From an uncultured delta proteobacterium (GTDB taxonomy: Bacteria; Myxococcota; Myxococcia; Myxococcales; Myxococcaceae): a DNA stretch of 64,000 nt. The number at the start of each line of letters is the position of its first letter. Within the stretch, counting starts at the first letter, position 1. The stretch is taken from the NCBI GenBank assembly GCA_963771175.1, contig CAVYSY010000056.1, positions 96,001 to 160,000 on the forward strand, in the 5' to 3' direction. The position numbers and the translations under genes were made by a program. The notes beneath the pieces were generated by a model, which worked only from the letters and a program-made list of their open reading frames with translations, was not told the DNA's origin and did not search any database. Below, piece by piece: positions 44,632-57,740 of this stretch.

Positions 44632-45780
44632 CTACGGAGCCACGTCCTGGCGGCGGACACCCTCGATGGAGAGGACGAAGTCGGCACCGAAGGCCCGTGC
44701 CGGGGTAAGGGCGCCCCGCCGGTCGCCGGCCAGCACCTCCTCCACCGCGCGCACCGCCGCCCGGGCGGTGAAGGCATAGGCCTCGGGCGTCTCCAGCCAC
44801 GCCTCCGCCCGGCGCCCGTCCGGCGCTCGCGCCTCGGCCCACACCTGGGCATGGCCCTTCTGGAGCAGGCGCTCCTCGGGGCCCCGCACCCGGGCCTCGA
44901 CGAGCTTCTCCACGCGGTTGCGCACCGCATCCACCGCCAGCACCCTCTGGAGGAGCGGGAAGGCGAGACGCAGCGTCCGGGCCATCCAGGCCGGTTGGGC
45001 CATGTAGGTGGTGATGTGGGGGATGCCGGTGGAGTGCCAGGCCGTCACGAGGTCGCCCCAGGGGATGGGGACGATGGTGCGCTCGCGGTCGGAGAAGCGC
45101 ACCCGGCGCGCGCCCTTGCCCAGGGGCCACGGCCGCAGCTGGCCGCCACGGCGCACGACGCCGCCTGCGGGCAGGAGCTCCAGCATGGAATTGGTGGTGC
45201 CGGCGCTCGCCTCGGCAACGCCGCCAATGGCGAGGTCCAGCTCGTGCGCCCCGGGCACCTTGTCCGCCACGTAACAGGCGAGGCAGTCGGTGGGCACCAC
45301 GTCGAAGCCCACTCCGGACATCAACACCACGCCGCGCCCCCTGGCCTCGGCGTCGTGACGGAAGGTGTTCTCGAAGACGGGCAGCTCGCCGGTGATGTCC
45401 AGGTAGTGCGCCCCGGCGGAGAGGCAGGCCTGCACCATGGGCTCGCTGGTGTGGACGAAGGGGCCGGCGGCGTGGAGCACCAGGGGCAGGCCCTCCAGGG
45501 CGGCCACGAGGCCCCGCGCGTCCTCGAGCCCCACCGCCACCGAGTCCAGCCCGAGCCGCGAGGCCAGCGGGGCGAGCTTCTCGCGCGAGCGGCCGGCCAG
45601 CACGGGCCGGTGTCCACGGCGCACGGCTTCCTCGGCGATGAGGACACCCGTATAGCCGGTGGCGCCGTACAGCAACCACCGGGGAGCAGTGTTCGTCGAC
45701 GATCTCACGCGAGGCACCCTATCCCACGGCGCCGACGAAGGAAGCGCTGTCACAATGGTGGCCAGTGTGAAGTCATGCAC
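44632..45780 (-). CDS. Saccharopine dehydrogenase-like NAD(P)-binding oxidoreductase (start uncertain)
   Basis: LYGATGYTG, LAGRS, HAAGPF, HYLDITGE, GVGFDVVPTD, GALTPA. Confidence 0.88.
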   Translation of the reverse strand: MHDFTLATIVTALPSSAPWDRVPRVRSSTNTAPRWLLYGATGYTGVLIAEEAVRRGHRPVLAGRSREKLAPLASRLGLDSVAVGLEDARGLVAALEGLPLVLHAAGPFVHTSEPMVQACLSAGAHYLDITGELPVFENTFRHDAEARGRGVVLMSGVGFDVVPTDCLACYVADKVPGAHELDLAIGGVAEASAGTTNSMLELLPAGGVVRRGGQLRPWPLGKGARRVRFSDRERTIVPIPWGDLVTAWHSTGIPHITTYMAQPAWMARTLRLAFPLLQRVLAVDAVRNRVEKLVEARVRGPEERLLQKGHAQVWAEARAPDGRRAEAWLETPEAYAFTARAAVRAVEEVLAGDRRGALTPARAFGADFVLSIEGVRRQDVAP

Positions 45781-45824
45781 GTTCTCCCCCCATTCTCCTG
45801 GCGAGTCGGCTAGGACTGGGGGGC

Positions 45825-46562
45825 ATGAGTGAGACGAAGCCCCCCTCGCGGAAGAAGAAGGATTCCCTCGAGGTGCGCGTGCGGCGCATCCATCGCCGAG
45901 ACCTCAACCGGGCGTGGGAGTTCCTCAAGCTCGTCTTCCGGGACGTCAACCGCGAGACGGTGGAGTACCAGCGGCCCCGCTCCAAGCGGCGCTTCCTGGA
46001 GGTGTACTCCTCCGAGTGGATTGAGCAGCTCGTCTACGAGGTGAACGGGGAAATCGTCGGCTACTCCGAGTGCGCCTTCGAGGCCACCGGAGACGACAAC
46101 TGGGTCAACCCGCGCTGGTTCGAGAAGCGGGGCATGCGGCCCCTCTTCGTCGAGGAGCTCGCCGTGCACCCGGACTACCAGGGCCGGGGCGTGGGCAGCT
46201 TCATCATGGAGCAGCTCCAGCACCTGGCGCGCACCCGGGGCTGTACCCACCTCGTGCTGGAGGTGGCCGAGAACAACGAGTCCGCGCTCGCCTTCTACCG
46301 CTCCCGCAACTTCTACAAGCTGGACGCCGCCATCTTCCTCGCCCAGAAGGTGCCCGGAGAGCCGGACCTGCTGCCCCCGCGCCAGCTCAAGGTTCGTGTA
46401 CCCCAAGCCGAGGGCGCCGGCCCCTCCACCGGCCTCATGCCCGAGGAGGTCAGTGGGCCCTCGCTCGCCGGCAAGAGGCCCCGCGGCCTGCGCGCGGCCT
46501 CCGGGGGGGCGCGGAAGAAGGCCGCGGCACCGGCCAGGCCCGCGCCGAAGTCGAAGGAGTAG
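45825..46562 (+). CDS. GNAT-family N-acetyltransferase with a basic low-complexity tail
   Basis: LAVHPDYQGRGVGS, LEVAENNESALAFY. Confidence 0.9.
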   Translation: MSETKPPSRKKKDSLEVRVRRIHRRDLNRAWEFLKLVFRDVNRETVEYQRPRSKRRFLEVYSSEWIEQLVYEVNGEIVGYSECAFEATGDDNWVNPRWFEKRGMRPLFVEELAVHPDYQGRGVGSFIMEQLQHLARTRGCTHLVLEVAENNESALAFYRSRNFYKLDAAIFLAQKVPGEPDLLPPRQLKVRVPQAEGAGPSTGLMPEEVSGPSLAGKRPRGLRAASGGARKKAAAPARPAPKSKE

Positions 46563-46571
46563 CCCCGCGCC

Positions 46572-47219
46572 TCAGAAGGCCCAGCCCAGGCCGACCGACA
46601 TGCGCGGAGCCACCGCCCAGCCAGTCGTGGTGGACTCGGTCGGCGCCACCGAGCCATCCAGCGCGACATTATTGGAGTAGCTCGTCGTCTCGCGAGCGAG
46701 CACCGCGAGCCCCAGTCCCACCTGGGCAGAGAAGCCCGGGGAGAGGATGGCGGTATAGCCGGCGCGCACACTCCCTCCGTATTCGAAGTGGCGCCAGCCA
46801 CTCCTCACGGTGGGGAGCGCCCCCTCCTGCGGGGAGGCCATCTCGTTGGTGATATGGTGCTGGAACACCGAGGCCTCGAGGTGCGGACCCACCCAGAAGC
46901 CCTCGGGGGCTCGGCCCGCGAGGTAGAAGTGCACGCCCGGCTCCAGCCCCGCGCCAAAACGCCGGGTGGTGATGTCCCAGGTGGGGGTGAACCCGCTCGT
47001 GTCGAGCAGCCCGTTGACCTGAGCCGACGCGGCGAGCGCCACGTGCTCGCTCAGCGCGTGCTCCACATTGGCGCCGATCTGGCCCACGTACCCAGCCACC
47101 GGCTGCATCAGCACCACGGTGCGCAGCACCTGTGCGGATTCCTCGGCACGGCCCGTCGACGGCACCAGGCCCAGTCCCACTCCGAAAGCGACAGTCCCCC
47201 AACGAAGCCACCAGCTCAT
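46572..47219 (-). CDS. Small outer-membrane beta-barrel-like protein
   Basis: Signal peptide; amphipathic strands; C-terminal SVGLGWAF beta-signal. Confidence 0.7.
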   Translation of the reverse strand: MSWWLRWGTVAFGVGLGLVPSTGRAEESAQVLRTVVLMQPVAGYVGQIGANVEHALSEHVALAASAQVNGLLDTSGFTPTWDITTRRFGAGLEPGVHFYLAGRAPEGFWVGPHLEASVFQHHITNEMASPQEGALPTVRSGWRHFEYGGSVRAGYTAILSPGFSAQVGLGLAVLARETTSYSNNVALDGSVAPTESTTTGWAVAPRMSVGLGWAF

Positions 47220-47270
47220 TGCAGTCCCTCCCCGTGCGCCGTCCGGCCGGCGGCGCGTGCGGCGAGGGTT

Positions 47271-47286
47271 TGCAGCGCGCGTGCCA
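47271..47286 (-). promoter_or_regulatory. sigma54 -24/-12 promoter for the beta-barrel gene
   Basis: Minus strand TGGCACGCGCGCTGCA. Confidence 0.7.
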
Positions 47287-47392
47287 CGCGCTGACTCAGA
47301 GGGAAGGAGCGCGGAGCCTCTCCTCCCGAGAGGACAGATTGGCGGCGGCACTCGCGGAGGCGCGTGACAATGTGTCGGTGTGACGAGCGCGC

Positions 47393-47737
47393 TCAGCGCG
47401 TTGCCTTCCCGTAGTAGAGGGACACCTCCGCGTGACAGGCCGCGTCACACTCGGGGAACTGCGAGAGGAAGCGGGCCTGCCGGCGACAGTTGGCCGTGAG
47501 GGCGCCGCCCGGATCCTCGTGGCACAGGGTCTCGAAGCTCGCGAAGCTCTCCTGGAAGAACACCGCCCGCTTCCCCGGCTCCATGGACAAGAGGGCCCGA
47601 CGCTCGGCCCCCAGCACCCACACCAGGCCGGCCAGCAGCAGCAGCACGGAAAGCCCCACCACCGCCACCCGGCCAATCACCTTCCACTCGTCCCGGGTGA
47701 GCAACGGCGCTCCCTGACTCATCGCTCGCGTCGCCAT
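47393..47737 (-). CDS. Small single-TM protein with C-x11-C-x12-C-x3-C motif (paralog A)
   Basis: TM helix then WVLGAERRAL..MEPG; clear similarity to 49351..49656. Confidence 0.75.
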   Translation of the reverse strand: MATRAMSQGAPLLTRDEWKVIGRVAVVGLSVLLLLAGLVWVLGAERRALLSMEPGKRAVFFQESFASFETLCHEDPGGALTANCRRQARFLSQFPECDAACHAEVSLYYGKATR

Positions 47738-47806
47738 ACCCTACGATGGGACAGCGCCCGGACCGACGCCACCCTCCATGCGCCGTGCAAACCAGGCCCG
47801 AGGCCA

Positions 47807-47823
47807 CCGTGCAGGATGCAACC
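47807..47823 (+). promoter_or_regulatory. Candidate activator-binding box upstream of the response regulator
   Basis: CCGTGCAGGATGCAACC; near-identical to minus-strand 59076-59092; GG-N10-GC element at 47879-47894. Confidence 0.55.
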
Positions 47824-47908
47824 CCCTCCCGGGGCCGGGAGCCCCGAACCTCCTCTAGAGCCCCCTTCCGGCCCGGTGCGGCGCGCGGCGTGCACTTAGG
47901 ATGAGGGC

Positions 47909-49313
<1,405 letters not shown>

Positions 49314-49350
49314 ACCCCCAGCCCGGTCCGGAGCACCCCCAGCGCTCCGC

Positions 49351-49656
49351 TCAGCGCTCTGCGCGCCGCAGGGAGTGGGAGACCTGCACGCGGCAGGGCT
49401 CGGTGCACTCGGGGAAGAGCAGGAGGAACCCGGCCCGCTCCCGGCAGGGCGAGGCGAGCACCACGCCCGGATCCTCCCGGCACAGGCGCTGATAGGACTC
49501 CAGGTTCGCCTGGAAGAGCGCGGCCCGCCGTCCTGGCTCCATGGCCTGGAGCGCCCGCCGCTCGGCGCCCAACACCCACACCCCCACGGCCAATGCCACC
49601 AGCAACGAGAGCCACCCGGCCATCACCCGGGCCAGGGGCGTCCATCCCGCCATCAT
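49351..49656 (-). CDS. Small single-TM protein with C-x11-C-x12-C-x3-C motif (paralog B)
   Basis: WVLGAERRALQAMEPG..CREDPG..C..FPEC..C; ATGA-coupled to the upstream ORF. Confidence 0.75.
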   Translation of the reverse strand: MMAGWTPLARVMAGWLSLLVALAVGVWVLGAERRALQAMEPGRRAALFQANLESYQRLCREDPGVVLASPCRERAGFLLLFPECTEPCRVQVSHSLRRAER

Positions 49657-49937
49657 GACCGCTCGTGCAGGGCCCAGAGCACCAGCCCGCCCATGACGAG
49701 GCAGCACAGGGCGAGCAGGGGCCAGAGCGCCATTCCCAACTCGATCTGGAAGAGGAACGCCCCGAAGAGCAACGCCACGAACAGCATCAGCAGGCCCAGG
49801 AGCGGCGGCAGGACACGCCGGGAGTGGTTCCGCTCGAACTCCTGCTCGGCCAGCGACAACCTGGGCGGAGGCACCTGGGAAAAGCGCCTGCCGGGGCGGA
49901 AGAAGGGGTACCGCGACAACTCATCCTCTGTGGTCAT
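49653..49937 (-). CDS. Small two-TM hypothetical protein
   Basis: AGGAG RBS; MTTEDELSRYPFF..; two hydrophobic helices; sigma54 promoter directly upstream. Confidence 0.65.
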   Translation of the reverse strand: MTTEDELSRYPFFRPGRRFSQVPPPRLSLAEQEFERNHSRRVLPPLLGLLMLFVALLFGAFLFQIELGMALWPLLALCCLVMGGLVLWALHERS

Positions 49938-49968
49938 GGATGCTCGCTCCTGTTCTACTCCTGGATTG

Positions 49969-49984
49969 AGCACTCCTCGTGCCA
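49969..49984 (-). promoter_or_regulatory. sigma54 -24/-12 promoter
   Basis: Minus strand TGGCACGAGGAGTGCT. Confidence 0.72.
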
Positions 49985-50087
49985 TTGGCATCCCGAGTCG
50001 TTCCGCGGACTTGCCGCTCCAGGCCCTTGCACTTCGCAGGGAGGACCGTGCCGCCCCCCTGCTGGATGCGAGCCTCAGGGGGTCAGG

Positions 50088-51978
50088 TCACTTCCGGCCG
50101 AGCTCGCTCGGCTGCTCGCCCTTCAGGGGGAGGGTGAACCAGAAGGTGCTGCCCTGCCCGGGCTGGCTCGTCACGCCCATCTCCCCGCCGTGCGCCTGGA
50201 CGATCTCCTGCGCGATGGAGAGCCCCAGCCCCGCGCCTCCCGTGCTCGCCCCGGGCACCCGGTAGAACTTCTCGAAGACGCGCTGCTGGTGCTCCGGCGC
50301 GATGCCCTCCCCGGTGTCCGCCACCTCGAAGCGCACCCGCTCCCGCGTCGCGCCGCGCCCGCACCGCCACCTCGCCCCCGGCCCGCGTGTGGCGCACGGC
50401 GTTGGCGACCAGGTTGGAGAGCACCAGCTGCATCCGCTCCGGATCCGCCTCCACCGTCTCCAGCTCCGGCTCCCGCTCCGAGGCCAGCCGCACGCCCCGC
50501 TCGTCCGCCGCGATGCGGTGCGGGGCGAGGCCGCCTCCAGCACCGCCTCCGCGGAGACCGGCGCGCACCTCCAGCACCAGCCGCCCCGACTGGATGCGCG
50601 ACAGGTCGAGCAGGTCGTCGACGATGCCCTGCAGCCGCTCGCAGTCCTCGCGCGCGGCGTACGAGCAGGTCGGCCTGCTTCTCGGTGAGCGGGCCCGCCG
50701 CGCTCCTCGGCGCACAGGTGGATCGCCATGCGCAGCGAGGTGAGCGGCGTGCGGAACTCGTGCGCCACGGTGGCCACCAGGTCGTTCTTCAGCTCGTCGA
50801 AGCGGCGCAGCCGCGTCACGTCCTGCAGGACGCACGGTGGCGCCCGACGACGCCGCCCTCCTCGCCGTAGACGGGCGTGGCGCGCGGCAGGAGCCAGCCG
50901 GTCGCCCTCGCGGCCCGTCCACCCGCACCGCCTCCTCGAAGCCGCGCGGCACGTAGGCGCCCTTGCCGCCCAGCACGTGCGCGCGCACCCGCTCGAGCAC
51001 GCTCGCGCAGCGCCGGCGTCGACCGTCGCCGAGCGCGCTCGCCGCGCCTCCAGCCGACAGCCGCAGCAGCGCCTCGGCGGCGCGGTTGACGTTGAGCACG
51101 CTCGCCCGTCCAGGCCGAAGACCAGCACCGGGTCGGGCAGGCTGTCGATGGCGGCCTGCGCGGCCTGCTGCGCCTGGAGCAGCTCGCCGAGCGAGCTGCT
51201 GCCGGTACTCCTCCAGCGCGCTCGGCCATGGCGTTGAAGTCGCGCGGCGAGCTGGGCGATCTCGTCGCCGCCCTCGACCAGCGCGCGCGCGGCCAGGTCG
51301 CCCTGCGCCGAGCCGCTGCACCGCCTGCGCGAGCACCGAGAGCGGCCGCAGCAGCCGGCGGGTGAGCGACGCCGAGGCGAGCGAGCCGCCGACGCAGCGC
51401 CGCCGAGCGCCGCCGAGCACCATGAGCGTGTTCACGCGCTGCGCGCGATCTGCCGCGCGCGCGTCGCTCTTGCGCACCATCGCGTCCTGGTTGAGCGCGA
51501 GGATGCCTGCGTCGGCCGCCTTCGACCGCCAGGAAGCGCCGGCTCGAGCGTCGCCGAAGTAGGCGCGCGCGCGGCCTCGCCGGGCGGTCCAGCGCGCGCA
51601 AGCCGTCGTAGCCGCGCCGGTAGCGCGTCCAGGCCGCGCCGCAGCCGCTGCGGTGGCCTCGCGCCTCGCCCGGCTCGGTGATGTTGCCCTCCTGCGACCC
51701 GCAGCTCCGCCTCGAAGCGCGCGCGATGTGCGCGTCGACCTGCGCCGGCCCCTGCGCCGCGTCGCCCGGCGACGACGAAGAGCGCGGCGCTGTCGAGGCG
51801 CTCGAGCGCGCTCCTTCATGCGCTGCGCGGCCAGCACGCTGCGGTAGTTGTCCGCGAGGATGTGTCTGCGACGCGCGCGCCCAGCGCGCCGAGCGTGGTG
51901 ACGGCCACCACGCCGACCAGCAGCAGCGCGAGCGCCAGCGGGCGCCTGGGCGAGCAGCAGCTTGGCGCGCAGCGTCAT
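50088..51978 (-). CDS. KinB-like sensor histidine kinase (TM, helical sensor, HAMP, PAS, HisKA, HATPase); many frameshifts
   Basis: [87 protein letters not shown]. Confidence 0.8.
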
Positions 51979-53152
51979 GGCCGCGCCCTCCTCGCTCCGT
52001 CGAAGCGAGACGATGTGCAGGTCGAAGCCCGTCCGCCTCGTCGACCAGGCGCTGCGACGACCGAGCGCCCCAGCGAGCCGCCGCCACCAGGGCTGGCTGC
52101 GCGCGGCCGATGATGATGTGGCCGACGCCGTGCGAGCGGGCGAAGTCGAGGAGCGCCGCCACCGGGTCGTCGGCCCTGCAGCCGCACGACCTCGGCGCCG
52201 AGCTCGCGCGCCATCTCGATGTTGTCGAGCAGGTGGCGCTGCGCCTCGGCGTCGATCCGGTCGCGGCGCCTCGCCGGGCGTCTCCACGTAGACCACGAAC
52301 CAGTCGGTGTTGAGCCGGCCGGCCATGCGCGAGCCGCGGCGCAGCAGCGTCGCGGCGCGCGGCGAGTAGCGAGGACATGCAGACCATGACGCGGCCGCGC
52401 GTCGGCGCGCGGCGCGCGCGTCCTGCGTCCGGCGCGTGCGCGGCCGCGCTGCGCGCTCGAGGCTCTCGGCCACCTCGCGCAGCGCCAGCTCGCGCAGCGT
52501 GGCGAGGTTGCTCGTCCTGGAAGAAGTGCTCCAGCGCCCAGGCGACCTTCTCGGCGGCGTAGATCTTGCCGGCGCGCAGCCGCTCGAGCAGGTCCTCGAC
52601 GGCCAGGTCGAGGTTCACGACCTGGTCGGCCTGCTTCAGGAAGGTGTCGGGGACCGTCTCGCGCACGCGCGACGCCGGTGGCCCGCTCGACGAGGTCGTT
52701 GAGGCTCTCGAGGTGCTGGATGTTGAAGGCGCCGATGACGTTGATGCCGGCGTCGAGCAGCTCGAGCACGTCCTGGTAGCGCTTGCGGTTGCGCGACCCG
52801 GGGACGTTGGTGTGCGGCGATCTCGTCGACGATGGCGACCTGCGGGCTTGCGCGCCAGGACCGCGTCGAGGTCCATCTCCTCGACGGCGACGCCGCGGTA
52901 CTCGACCTGTCGCCGCGGCACCACCTCGAGCCCCTCGATCGAGCGCCGCGGTCTCGGCGCGCCCGTGCGTCTCGACGAAGCCGACGCACCACGTCGACGC
53001 CGCGCTTGCGCAGCGCGTGCGCCTCCTCGAGCATGCGGTAGGTCTTGCCCACGCCGGCGGCGAAGCCGATGTAGAGCTTGAGCCGCCCGCGCCGCGCGCG
53101 CTCGACGAGCTCGAGGAAGTCCTCCGGGCGCTGGCGGTCGGGTCGCCGTCAT
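51975..53152 (-). CDS. kdpD: Stand-alone KdpD N-terminal domain plus USP domain protein (no TM or kinase part); frameshifted
   Basis: [50 protein letters not shown] part [21 protein letters not shown]; stop overlaps the kinase ATG. Confidence 0.82.
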
Positions 53153-53162
53153 GTCCGTCGTG

Positions 53163-53788
53163 CTACGCCTTCGGCGCGCGGCTGCACGGGGCGCGCCGAA
53201 CTGCGCGGTCGAGCGCGAGGTTGAGCAGCGAGCACGTTGACGCGCGGCTCGCCGAGGAAGCCGAGGTCGCGCCCCTCGACGTGCGTCCTCGACGACCGCC
53301 CGGACGCGCTCCGGCGTCGACGCCCGCGCGCCGCGGCGACGCGCGGCACCTGCCAGAGCGCGGCCGCCGGGCGAGAGGTGCGGGTCGAGGCCGCTCGCCG
53401 AGGCCGTCACGAGCTCGGCCGGGCACCGGCCCGGGCGCCGTCGGGGTTCTCGGCGCGCAGCCGCGCCGACGTCGGCCGCGCGCGCGGTCGCGCAGCTTCT
53501 GCGAGGTCGGGCCGAGGTTCGAGCCCGCCGAGGCCGCGGCGTCGTAGCCCGTCTGCCCGGCCGCCGACGGGCGCGGCTGGAAGTAGGCCGGGCTGCGCGA
53601 AGCGCCTGGCCGATGAGCTCCGAGCCGACCGACCTGCCCCTGCTCGTCGGTGACCAGGCTGCCGTTCGGCCTGCGTCGGGAAAGAGCGACCTGCGCGAGG
53701 CCGGTGACGGCGAGCGGATAGACGAGCCCGGTGAGGACCAGGGTGACGAGCGGTCGCGCGAAGCGCGATCGACGAGTGCGTTCGCCAT
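53163..53788 (-). CDS. kdpC: K+-transporting ATPase subunit C (frameshifted)
   Basis: [66 protein letters not shown]. Confidence 0.88.
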
Positions 53789-53799
53789 GGCGATCCTCC

Positions 53800-55872
53800 T
53801 CAGACCAGCCCGACGGCCGGCGAGCGCCAGGTCGATGAGCTTGATGCCGACGAACGGCGCGACGACGCCGCCCACGCCGTAGATGAGCAGCGAGCGGCGC
53901 AGCAGCGCCGCCGCGCCGAGCGGCCGGTAGCGCACGCCGCGCAGCGCCAGCGGGATGAGCGCGACGATGATGAGCGCGTTGAAGATGACCGCCGAGAGGA
54001 TGGCGCTCTGCGGCGAGGCCAGGCGCATGACGTTGAGCGGCGCGATCTCCGGGAAGACGCCCACGAACATCGCCGGCAGGATGGCGAAGTACTTGGCCAC
54101 GTCGTTGGCGATCGAGAAGGTGGTGAGCGCGCCGCGGGTCATGAGGAGCTGCTTGCCGACCTCGACGACCTCGAGGAGCTTGGTCGGGTTGGAGTCGAGG
54201 TCGACCATGTTGCCGGCCTCCTTCGCCGCCTGGGTGCCGGTGTTCATCGCCACGCCGACGTCGGCCTGGGCCAGCGCCGGGCGCGTCGTTGGTGCCGTCG
54301 CCGGTCATCGCCACGAGCTTGCCCTTCGCCTGCTCGTCCTGGATGAGCGCGCATCTTGGCCTCGGGCGTGGCCTCGGCGAGGAAGTCGTCGACGCCCGCC
54401 TCCGCGGCGATGGCCGCGGCGGTGCGCGGGTTGTCGCCGGTGATCATCACGGTGCGGATGCCCATGGCGCGGAAGCGCGCGAAGCGCTCCTTGATGCCGC
54501 CCTTGACCACGTCCTTGAGGTGGATGACGCCGAGCACGCGCGTCGCCGTCGGCGACGGCGAGCGGCGTGCCGCCCGCGTCGCCGATGCGTGCCGGCCGCG
54601 TCGTCGAGCTCGCGCGGGCATCGCGCCGCCCGAGCGCGCGCACGTGCGCGCGCGACGGCGTCGACCGCGCCCTTGCGGATGCGCGCGGCCGTCGAGGTCG
54701 CAGCCGCTCATGCGCGTCTGCGCGCGTGAAGGGGACGAAGTGCGCGCCGATGCTCGCCGACGTCGCGGCCGCGCAGGCCGTAGCTGCTCCTTGACCAGCA
54801 CGACGATCGAGCGCCCCTCGGGCGTCTCGTCGGCCAGGCTGGCGAGCTGCGCCGCGTCGGCCAGCTCCTCGATCGGCACGCCCGGCGACCGGGAGGAGCT
54901 CGGTCGCCATGCGGTTGCCGAGCGTGATGGTGCCGGTCTTGTCGAGCAGCAGCATGTCGACGTCGCCGGCCGCCTCGACGGCGCGGCCGCTCATCGCGAG
55001 CACGTTCTTGCGCAGCAGCCGGTCCATGCCGGCGATGCCGATGGCCGAGAGCAGGCCGCCGATGGTGGTCGGGATGAGGCAGACGAGCAGCGCGACGATC
55101 ACCGGTCGCCGAGAGCGCGACGCCCGAGTAGAGCGCGAGCGGCACCAGCGTCACGCAGGCGAACAGGAAGATGAGCGTCAGCCCGACGAGCAGGATGTGC
55201 AGCGCGATCTCGTTCGGCGTCTTCTGGCGCGCGGCGCCCTCGACCAGCGCGATCATCCGGTCGAGGAACGACTCGCCCGGGTCGGCGGTGATGCGCACGA
55301 CGATGCGGTCGGAGAGCACCTTGGTGCCGCCGGTGACCGCGCGAGCGGTCGCCGCCGCTCTCGCGGATGACCGGCGCCGACTCGCCGGTGATCGCCGACT
55401 CGTCGACCGAGGCGATGCCCTCGATGACCTCGCCGTCGCCGGGGATGAGCTCGCCCGCCTCGACGACGACCACGGTCGCCCTTGCGCAGCGTGCGAGGCG
55501 GGCACCGTCTCCTCCCGGCCGTCGACGCAGCCGCCGCGCCGTCGTCTCCTTGCGCATCTTGCGCAGCGCGTCGGCCTGCGCCTTGCCGCGCCCCTCGGCC
55601 ACCGCCTCGGCGAAGTTGGCGAAGAGCACGTGAACCAGAGCCAGAGCGTGACCGCGCCGGTGAACCAGAGCGGCGCGGCGCCGGCCGGCGGGCGCGACCA
55701 GGTCGCGGAGCCAGAGCACCGTGGTGAGCACGCTGCCGACCTCGACCACGAACATGACCGGGTTCTTCGCCACGTGCCGCGGGCGCGAGCTTGCGCAGGC
55801 TGTCCAGCGATCGCCGGCCGGAGGATCGCGGCGTCGAAGAGCGAGGCGGCTTTGCTGTGGGTGCGTGGCCAT
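53800..55872 (-). CDS. kdpB: K+-transporting P-type ATPase subunit B (frameshifted)
   Basis: [72 protein letters not shown]. Confidence 0.93.
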
Positions 55873-55874
55873 GG

Positions 55875-57628
55875 TCAGAACACCTTTCCGGCCGGCGCGA
55901 GGAAGTGCTCGACGATCGGGCCCGAGCGCGAGCGCCGGGAAGAAGGTGAGCGCGCCGACGATGAGGATCACCGCCGACCAGCAGCGCCGGCGAAGAGCGC
56001 GCCGTCGGTCGGGAAGGTGCCCGGGCCCGGCGGGCACGACCTTCTTGCCGACCATGCGAGCCGGCGATCGCCAGCACCGGGACGATCATCAGGAAGCGCC
56101 CGACGAGCATGGCGAGGCCGAGCGTCGATGTTCCAGAACGGCGTGTTGGCGTTGAGGCCGGCGAAGGCCGAGCCGTTGTTGCCCGCGCCGCTCGGTGAAG
56201 GCGTAGAGGATCTCGCGAGAGGCCGTGCGGGCCCGGCGTTGTTGAGCGAGCGAGACGCCGTAGGGCGCCACCGCCGCCCAGGCGGTGAAGCCGAGGATGA
56301 CGAGCGGGAAGATCAGCACGTAGAGCATCGCGAGCTTCATCTCGCGCGCCTCGATCTTCTTGCCCAGGTACTCGGGCGTGCGCCCGACCATGAGGCCGGC
56401 GATGAAGACCGCGAGCAGCGACGAAGACGAGCATGCCGTAGAGGCCCGCGCCGACGCCGCCGAAGATCGACCTCGCCGAGCTGGATGTTGACGAGCGGCA
56501 CCAGGCCGCCGAGCGGCGTGAAGCTGTCGTGCATCGAGTTGACCGCGCCGCACGAGGCGTCGGTGGTGACGGTGGCGAAGAGCGCCGAGTCGGCGACGCC
56601 GAAGCGGACCTCCTTGCCCTCCATGTTGCCGGCGGCCTGGTCGACGGCCAGGCCGCTGCGAGCGCCGGGTTGCCGCGCGGCCTCGGCCCAGTAGGCGACG
56701 CGTCGACGCCCGACGAGGAAGAGGACGCGCCATGGCGGCGAAGAGCGCCCAGCCCTGCCGCTGGTCGCGCGCCATGCGGCCGTAGGTGTAGGTGAGCGCC
56801 GCCGGGATGGCGAAGATCGAGCAGCATCTGCGACGAAGTTCGTGAGCGGCGTCGGGTTCTCGAACGGATGGGCGCTGTTGGCGTTGAAGAAGCCGCCGCC
56901 GTTGGTGCCGAGCATCTTGATGGCCTCCTGCGAGGCGACCGGGCCCATCGCGATCATCTGCTTCGCGCCCTCGAGCGTCGTGACCTCGCGGTACGGCGCG
57001 AAGTTCTGGATCACGCCCTGCGAGACCAGGACGAGCGCGCCGACGATGCAGATCGGCAGCAGCACGTAGAGCGATGCGCGCGGATCAGGTCGACCCAGAA
57101 GTTGCCGAGCGTCTTCGGCGCCCTCGGGCCCGCGCCGGCGCGTGAGGCCGCGCGCCAGCGCGAGCGCGACGCCGATGCCCGCCGCCGCCGAGGTGAAGTT
57201 GTGCCAGGCGAGCCCCGCCATCTGCGTGAGGTAGCTCATCGTCGACTCGCCCGCGTAGGACTGCCAGTTGGTGTTGGTGGTGAAGCTGACCGCGGTGTTG
57301 AAGGCGAGCTCCGGCTCGACCGCCGGCGAAGCTGCTGCGGGTTGAGCGGCAGCACGTGCTGCAGCCGCTGGATGCGCGTAGGTGACGAGCACGCCGAACA
57401 GCGCTGAAGACGAGCAGCGCGAGCGCGTACTGCATCCAGGTCTGCTCGCTGCGTCGGGTCGACGCCGCAGAGCCGGTAGCAGCAGCCGCTCGACCGGCCC
57501 GAGGACGCGCGGCAGCGGCTGGCGCTCGCCCTCGAAGACGCGGAACAGGTAGACGCCGAGCGGCTTCGTGAGCGCGAGGACGCAGCAGCGAAGAAGAGCG
57601 AATCTGCAGCCAGCCGATGAGCGGTCAT
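55875..57628 (-). CDS. kdpA: K+-transporting ATPase subunit A (frameshifted)
   Basis: [81 protein letters not shown]. Confidence 0.93.
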
Positions 57629-57637
57629 GACGGGTCC

Positions 57638-57726
57638 TCAGAAGCGCTCGGGCCGCAGCAGCGCGTAGACGAGGTAGACGGTGAGCAGCACCGCGAGCGC
57701 GGCGCCGAGACGTATTCGAAGGTCAT
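57638..57726 (-). CDS. kdpF: KdpF peptide (one base missing in this sequence)
   Basis: Restoring 1 nt gives [29 protein letters not shown], the KdpF YLxYAL..PExF pattern, directly upstream of kdpA. Confidence 0.85.
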
Positions 57727-57740
57727 GGCGGACTTCCCCT

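Noticed and set aside
42434..45679. 1081-aa ORF as a giant chemoreceptor
   Set aside because: Only 44398 to about 43510 is MCP-like; the rest is off-frame read-through of neighbouring genes.
50816..54253. 1145-aa ORF suggesting a KdpB-KdpC-KdpD-kinase fusion
   Set aside because: A patchwork produced by frameshifts; separate starts, stops and RBSs are visible for each gene.
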